Assembly (NCBI GenBank): GCA_041595735.1
Contig: JBFHJU010000001.1
Span: 1-56,172, forward strand
From: Tichowtungia sp.
GTDB lineage: Bacteria; Verrucomicrobiota; Kiritimatiellia; Kiritimatiellales; Tichowtungiaceae
Direction of reading: 5' to 3'
Length of the DNA: 56,172 bases
The notes under the pieces are model-generated. The model had not been told where the DNA came from. It saw only the letters and a list, made by a program, of their open reading frames with translations, and searched no databases. Made by a program: the position numbers and the translations under genes. Positions 49,578 to 56,172 of the stretch are shown here, one piece after another; positions within the stretch are counted from its first letter, which is position 1; each line of letters opens with the position of its first letter.

Positions 49578-50606
49578 ATGACCGTAAAACTAAAAGATGT
49601 AGCCAAAGAAGCCGGAGTTGCCGTCAACACGGCCTCGAGCATCCTCAACAGCCGCAAGGACTCCTGGGCCTCTGCTGAAACCAAGCAGCGGGTCCGCGAT
49701 GCCGCCAAAAAGCTGGGCTATGTGCCCAACCGCCTGGCCCGGGGACTCAGCCTGGGGAAATTCAACACCATCGGTCTGATTATTCCGGATTTACAGAACC
49801 CTTTCTATTCCACTCTCATCACTGAAATTGAAACCGAACTGATTAAACGGGATTACGACCTGATCATTGAAGACACCCGGCTCGATTTTAAGCGCGAGCA
49901 GCTGATTCTTGAACGAATCCGGAACCGGCAGATCGACGGGATGATCATTAACCCGATCAATCCGGAAATCTTCAAATCCCATCTGGAACCGCTCAACACA
50001 TCGGGCACGCCGGTAGTTGTACTGGGCGGGCCGCCCGAGGGCTCCTCCCTAAGTTCGGTTCTGGTCGACCTGGACAGCAGTGTAAACGACGCGTTTAAAC
50101 ATTTGACGGAACTGGGGCACCGGAACATCGGCTTTATCATCCATGAGCTGGCCCCTCAGGAAAAGGCCGCGCCCCGCATTGCGCGATTCAACGAAGCCCT
50201 CAATCAGTACAACCTGACCTGCCCAAAAAAATTTACAGTCCTGTGCAAACCCACAATGAATGCTTCCCGTGCCGCATTTTGCACCCTGCTGAACAACCAC
50301 AGAAAAGAAGATCTGCCGACCGCGTTTGTCTGCATGAACGACCTGCTGGCCATCGGGGCCATGCGTGCCGCAAAAGAAGCGGGACTGACCATTCCAGGCG
50401 ACCTCTCATTCATCGGCTTCGACAACATTCCCCTGGCCGAGTTCCTGTTTTCCTCATTGACAACAGTTTCTCAACCTATTGCAGAAATGGCCCGATCCGC
50501 GGTTGAGGCGGTTCTTGATAAAAACGCCGCAACGAAAAAAACAAACACGGTCCTTTCCGGGCAACTCATCATCCGCGAAAGCACCGGTCCGGCCCCTGTT
50601 CATTAA
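49578..50606 (+). CDS. LacI family transcriptional regulator
   Basis: KLKDVAKEAGVAVNTAS, LGYVPNRLARGL hinge, NDLLAIG, IGFDN, LTTVSQP, LIIREST. Confidence 0.95.
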   Translation: MTVKLKDVAKEAGVAVNTASSILNSRKDSWASAETKQRVRDAAKKLGYVPNRLARGLSLGKFNTIGLIIPDLQNPFYSTLITEIETELIKRDYDLIIEDTRLDFKREQLILERIRNRQIDGMIINPINPEIFKSHLEPLNTSGTPVVVLGGPPEGSSLSSVLVDLDSSVNDAFKHLTELGHRNIGFIIHELAPQEKAAPRIARFNEALNQYNLTCPKKFTVLCKPTMNASRAAFCTLLNNHRKEDLPTAFVCMNDLLAIGAMRAAKEAGLTIPGDLSFIGFDNIPLAEFLFSSLTTVSQPIAEMARSAVEAVLDKNAATKKTNTVLSGQLIIRESTGPAPVH

Positions 50607-50673
50607 TGCGGAACTCCGACCTTCCCGGATAATAATTCGTGATGATTAATGAAAATTAGCGGATAACTGTCCC

Positions 50674-51582
50674 ATGAAAATTTTATGCTGTGGATTTTTT
50701 CCGGCGCTTCAGCGCACAATCGAATACAAATGCTTCCGCCCGCACGAGGTGAACCGCGCCCGCAGGGTGTCCGTTGCCGCCAGCGGCAAGGCGACCAATA
50801 CCGCGCGCGTACTGGCGGCTCTCGGCGCAGACCCGCTGATGCTGAGCTTTGCCGGCGGCGCCAACGGCGAGACGGTGCGCGACCTGCTGGAACACGAACA
50901 ACTCCCCTGCCGCTGGGTCGAAACCAAAGCGGAAACCCGCATCTGCCAAACCCTGCTTTCGGATGACCACGACGGATGCACCGAACTCGTCGAAAACACC
51001 GCACCGATTTCCGCGTCCGAATGGAAAGCCTTCGTAAAAGCCTTCGCAAAAATTCAGGACCGCTTCGACCGCATCGTTTTTTCGGGGAATCTTCCGCCGC
51101 ATGCCCCGCAGGACATCTATGCGGAACTGCTGGCGCACACCGATGGGGCGAAGGTAATGATTGACAGCCACGGCGCACCATTACTCGCCACACTCGAGCA
51201 CCGGCCCGGCCTGGTAAAAATCAATGCCGAAGAACTTCGCGATACATTCAAAAGCACGGAGTCGCTCGAAGAACTGGCGGGCGAACTGATGGCGCACGGC
51301 GCCGGCGCGGTCGGGGTGACGCAAGGCAAATCACAGGCCTTTCTCTTTGAACCCGGAGCGGCATATACCTTTACCGTACCGCAGATCAAGGCCGTCAATC
51401 CGATCGGCAGCGGCGACTCCGTCAGCGCCGGAACCGCTTTTGCTCTGGCGAAAGGTCATTCGCTGACCGAGGCGTTTGTGTTCGGGCTCGCCTGCGGCAC
51501 CTCCAATGCCATGAATCTGAACCCGGGATTCGTAAAACCAGAGCAGATCGCCGAGCTGGTCCCTCAAATAAAAATCTCATGA
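50674..51582 (+). CDS. PfkB-family hexose-phosphate kinase (1-phosphofructokinase/tagatose-6-phosphate kinase-like)
   Basis: SGKATNTAR, SGNLPP, VKINAEE, NPIGSGDS. Confidence 0.85.
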   Translation: MKILCCGFFPALQRTIEYKCFRPHEVNRARRVSVAASGKATNTARVLAALGADPLMLSFAGGANGETVRDLLEHEQLPCRWVETKAETRICQTLLSDDHDGCTELVENTAPISASEWKAFVKAFAKIQDRFDRIVFSGNLPPHAPQDIYAELLAHTDGAKVMIDSHGAPLLATLEHRPGLVKINAEELRDTFKSTESLEELAGELMAHGAGAVGVTQGKSQAFLFEPGAAYTFTVPQIKAVNPIGSGDSVSAGTAFALAKGHSLTEAFVFGLACGTSNAMNLNPGFVKPEQIAELVPQIKIS

Positions 51583-53294
51583 CCCCTTTTACACAGTACA
51601 AACAGTGGATGATTGAACGCTATGGCGACGCACTGTTCCGCGTCCCGGTTCAGCTCGCCTCGTCCTGCCCGCACGGCCGCTGCGCATTCTGCTCCGAAAA
51701 CGGATCGAAAGCACAGCAGACCCAAAAGCAGGAAAGTCCGTTTGAGCAAATCGAGGCGGCCATAAAATTTTCAAAGCGCCGCTACAAGGCGCAAAAGCTG
51801 ATGCTCTACATCCAGGCGTTCACCGCCGATCTGACGGACCCGGTTCAACAACAGGTGATTTCCCAATGCCTGGAACCGACTGCGCCGGGGCACAGATTCG
51901 AGGCGATCAGCATTGGAACCCGTCCCGACTGCCTTCCTGCAACCGCGCTCGAGTTTCTCGAAACATTGAAAAAACAGGTCGAAGTCTGGGTGGAACTCGG
52001 CGTGCAGACGGCAAACGACGAGACCCTCAAGGCGATCCACCGCGGGCACGACTGGGAATGCAGCCGGCAGGCGATTGTGCGGCTCGCCGGGCGCGGGATT
52101 CATGTCGCCCCGCACGTGATCCTCGGTTTGCCGGGAGAGGATTCGGATGACTGGAATCGGACAGCCGACGAATTAGCGGCACTGCCGATATCCGGAATCA
52201 AGATTCACAACCTGCACATTATGAAAGGTACGGCGCTGGCCGAAAATCCGCCGCCGGTTCTGAACCACTGGGAATACGCCGAAGGACTGATCGATTTTCT
52301 CAGGCGGATCCCGGCAGAGATTCCCGTCATGCGCATTTCAACCGATACGCCGGACGACCGGCTGATTGCCCCGCACTGGCATCTGGCGAAGGGGCAGTTT
52401 CTGGATTATGTGACTCAACAAATGGACATGAGAGAGATCACACAGGGGGATTTGACGGAAACTCGGAACTTGCAACTTGAAACTTCTTTTACCCCGATCC
52501 TAACGACCGACGGCAGTGTGACCTTTTTTTCCGAGGATTGGAAAGAGCACTATCATACCAAAGCGGGCGCGCGACTGGAGGCCGACAAAAAATTTGTCGC
52601 CCCCTCCGGACTGACCGCAAAACTCCAAACCTCAAACATCAAACTCCTCGACGTCTGCTTCGGCCTCGGCAACAACTCGCTCGCGGCCCTCTGCGCCGCG
52701 GCGGAATCTGATCACGCGCTCGACATCACCGCGCTCGAAATGGACAAACGGATTGTCCGCGCCGCCGCCGAAAAGTTCCAAGGGTTGGAAACCGATCCGG
52801 TTGACTGGAACCAAGCTCTCTCTCAACTGCTCTCCGGCCCTGTAAATTTTCCAAAGTTGGGAAAAATCAATCTGCGGTTTGGAGATGCCAGATATTTAAT
52901 TCAAACCATTGAAACCAGCGTCTTTGATGTGGTCTTTCACGATCCGTTTTCGAGTCAGCACTGTCCGGAGCTGTGGACCGTGGAGTTTTTCCGGCAGCTG
53001 CGGCGGGTGCTGAAGCCGGACGGGGTTTTGCTGACCTATTCGTCGTCGATACCGGTGCGCAGTGCCATGCGCGAGGCCGGGTTGCACATTGCGCAAACTG
53101 AACCGGGGCACCAGATGGGGAACGGAACGATTGCATCGCCCTCACCTTTTCCTGACAACGGGGATGAACCGGTCGAATCCATCGGAACGTTCGACGAGCG
53201 GCGAAGCATTCCCTACCGGGATGAATTTCTGTGCGCGACGTCCAGGGCGATTCTGCGGCAGCGGCAGGAAGCGGTTGAAGCCTACCGGGCCTGA
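51579..53294 (+). CDS. TIGR01212-type radical SAM protein fused to an MnmC-type SAM methyltransferase domain
   Basis: N-half: CPHGRCAFC, ISIGTRPDC, VELGVQTAND, HVILGLPGE, GIKIHNLH; C-half: TTDGSVT, EHYHT..GA..EA, LDVCFGLGNN, GDAR, FHDPFS, PELWT. Confidence 0.85.
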   Translation: MTPFTQYKQWMIERYGDALFRVPVQLASSCPHGRCAFCSENGSKAQQTQKQESPFEQIEAAIKFSKRRYKAQKLMLYIQAFTADLTDPVQQQVISQCLEPTAPGHRFEAISIGTRPDCLPATALEFLETLKKQVEVWVELGVQTANDETLKAIHRGHDWECSRQAIVRLAGRGIHVAPHVILGLPGEDSDDWNRTADELAALPISGIKIHNLHIMKGTALAENPPPVLNHWEYAEGLIDFLRRIPAEIPVMRISTDTPDDRLIAPHWHLAKGQFLDYVTQQMDMREITQGDLTETRNLQLETSFTPILTTDGSVTFFSEDWKEHYHTKAGARLEADKKFVAPSGLTAKLQTSNIKLLDVCFGLGNNSLAALCAAAESDHALDITALEMDKRIVRAAAEKFQGLETDPVDWNQALSQLLSGPVNFPKLGKINLRFGDARYLIQTIETSVFDVVFHDPFSSQHCPELWTVEFFRQLRRVLKPDGVLLTYSSSIPVRSAMREAGLHIAQTEPGHQMGNGTIASPSPFPDNGDEPVESIGTFDERRSIPYRDEFLCATSRAILRQRQEAVEAYRA

Positions 53295-53980
53295 GCGGAC
53301 TGCACCAGCGGAACGAGCACGGACCAGCCATCGACGGCGGCGCCGCGGATCGCGCCGTACACGAGGATGATTTCGTGCTGAAAAATATTCCAGCTTCCCT
53401 CAAAGGTCATTTCGCCGATGACGATCAGCCAGAGACCGACGACAAGCAGGTTGGCGAGATAGATCACCACGTACGAAAAGAGCCGGCCGTTCTGCAGCAC
53501 ATCGGGCTGCTCCTGTGTGAGCATGTAGAGGGTGAAGGTGAGATGAAACCCCCAGGTCATCCCGACCAGCAGCAGCCAGACCGGCTCATAGACGCTGAGG
53601 TCCAGGACCAAGCCGAGACCGACCCACAGGGCGACAATCAGCCCGGTGTAGAACGGGATAAAGTACGGAGCCAGGGAGATGATGAAGTTGCTCTTGGAGA
53701 GCTCCACATGCCCGCCCTGCCGGCTGACCTTCATTTTCCCGATCTTTGCGCCCATCAGCAGTCCGGCCAGTGCATGGCTCAGCTCGTGCCCCAGCACATA
53801 GGTCCGGAATGCCTGCGGAAGAATAAAAAAACCGGCCACCGACACAAGAAAACCGGCGGGGAGCGCCCACGGCACGGCGTCGGTGGAAGAGGCGATCAGC
53901 AGAAAATAGAAGGTGCGCGAGGCGGCCCAGCACGCCGGCAGCAGCATCAGTCCAATCAGGAATTTGAGGATTTTTTTCAC
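53282..53980 (-). CDS. Membrane protein with HExxH motif (M50-like peptidase)
   Basis: YVLGHELSHALAG, GGHV, ISLAPYF; several TM segments. Confidence 0.65.
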   Translation of the reverse strand: MKKILKFLIGLMLLPACWAASRTFYFLLIASSTDAVPWALPAGFLVSVAGFFILPQAFRTYVLGHELSHALAGLLMGAKIGKMKVSRQGGHVELSKSNFIISLAPYFIPFYTGLIVALWVGLGLVLDLSVYEPVWLLLVGMTWGFHLTFTLYMLTQEQPDVLQNGRLFSYVVIYLANLLVVGLWLIVIGEMTFEGSWNIFQHEIILVYGAIRGAAVDGWSVLVPLVQSAQAR

Positions 53981-53996
53981 CGGGCAGAGTGTAGAT

Positions 53997-54032
53997 AAAA
54001 AAAAACCGCAAAGGCAAATGCTTTGCGGCTTT
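53997..54032 (-). terminator. Intrinsic terminator downstream of tRNA-Arg
   Basis: CCGCAAAG-GCAAATG-CTTTGCGG stem next to an A-run (U-run on the minus strand). Confidence 0.75.
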
Positions 54033-54039
54033 CAAAAGG

Positions 54040-54116
54040 TGGTACACCCAGCAGGGTTCGAACCTGCAACCTCCTGGTTCGTAGCCAGGTACTCTATCCA
54101 GTTGAGCTATGGGTGC
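54040..54116 (-). tRNA. tRNA-Arg (ACG)
   Basis: GCACCCATAGCTCAACTGGATAGAGTACCTGGCTACGAACCAGGAGGTTGCAGGTTCGAACCCTGCTGGGTGTACCA: cloverleaf, anticodon ACG, encoded CCA. Confidence 0.97.
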
Positions 54117-54173
54117 TTCAGGAAAGACAAGAAGGTACTGTCTTGATCCGAATGAATCAACAGGAAAAATGAA

Positions 54174-55358
<1,185 letters not shown>

Positions 55359-55417
55359 AAGAAGCTCCCGTTCAATACATTCGTTTATCCGGATGAATGA
55401 ATAGGACTGTATCCGCT

Positions 55418-56172
55418 TCAGCCGATCAGCTCAAGAATTTCCGGTGATGTTTTTGCAAGCAGATCGCGGCACTGCTTGAGAATCCGGGCGGTATCGCCGG
55501 ATTCGAAGGCGGCCTCGGCCAGCTCGACACATTCCGAGCGGCGCAAATGACGGATAACATCTTTGATCATCAGAGATGATGCCGGACTGATGCTGAGCTC
55601 ATCAACCCCGAGGCCGATCAGCAGCGCGACCAGCTCCGGGGAAGCCGCCATCTGACCGCAAACCGCCGTGGGGATCCCCGCCGTCTGACCGGCCTGAACC
55701 ACCATCCGGATCAGTTTAAGGACAGCAAAATGAGTCGGTTGATACAGCCTGGCAACATTTTCATTCATCCGGTCGACGGCCAGCGCGTACTGAATCAAAT
55801 CGTTGGTGCCGATGCTGAAAAAATCGACGTGCGGCGCGATTTGCGGGGCCGTCAGCGCCGCCGATGGAACCTCGATCATCACCCCGACCGGAATATGCCC
55901 GGCACAGGGGATGCCTTCCGCCTGCAGATCGGCACGACACTCCTCCAGCATCCTGTTCGCTGCCAGAAGTTCATCGAGACTGCTGATCATCGGATACATC
56001 AAGGCTACATTGCGATCAGCAGCCGCACGCAGAACCGCACGCAGCTGAACCTTGAAGATATCGGAGCGCGCCAGACAAAAGCGGATGGCCCGGCACCCGA
56101 GAAACGGGTTTTTTTCGGGAGCAATATGGACAATGGCGGAAAGTTTGTCGCCGCCGATATCGAGCGTGCGGA
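55418..56172 (-). CDS. Phosphoenolpyruvate-protein phosphotransferase (PTS enzyme I), C-terminal part; runs off the window
   Basis: [43 protein letters not shown]; ptsI versus ptsP not resolvable without the N-terminus. Confidence 0.9.
   Translation of the reverse strand, partial: RTLDIGGDKLSAIVHIAPEKNPFLGCRAIRFCLARSDIFKVQLRAVLRAAADRNVALMYPMISSLDELLAANRMLEECRADLQAEGIPCAGHIPVGVMIEVPSAALTAPQIAPHVDFFSIGTNDLIQYALAVDRMNENVARLYQPTHFAVLKLIRMVVQAGQTAGIPTAVCGQMAASPELVALLIGLGVDELSISPASSLMIKDVIRHLRRSECVELAEAAFESGDTARILKQCRDLLAKTSPEILELIG

Noticed and set aside
54040-54116. Prophage or island integration at tRNA-Arg
   Set aside because: No integrase and no duplicated tRNA 3' end were seen; the flanks are ordinary genes.

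Overview
A GC-rich bacterial chromosomal segment; gene content and protein style suggest the PVC superphylum, probably Kiritimatiellota (inference). Mostly housekeeping genes: pfkA, tyrS, def, coaX, nadC, leuC/leuD, an aspartase/fumarase, mtaD-like deaminase, miaB, argF, pyrB, selD, metK, a partial PTS enzyme I and tRNA-Arg(ACG). It also carries ion-transport genes, an ECF sigma/anti-sigma locus, a Pif1-like helicase, two toxin-antitoxin-like pairs (one wedged between leuC and leuD) and a LacI-regulated glycan-utilisation locus (about 38.6-50.6 kb) with visible operators. The strongest unexplained signal is a 15-bp gapped palindrome, TTCCAA-N3-TTGGAA: I read 9 perfect and about 15 degenerate copies, in coding and intergenic DNA, and clustered copies are spaced at near-integer helical turns. 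Other points of interest: a TIGR01212-type radical SAM fused to an MnmC-type methyltransferase, a 34-bp tandem array, and families of short inverted and 7/9-mer repeats. All calls come from motif recognition by eye; no database search was run.
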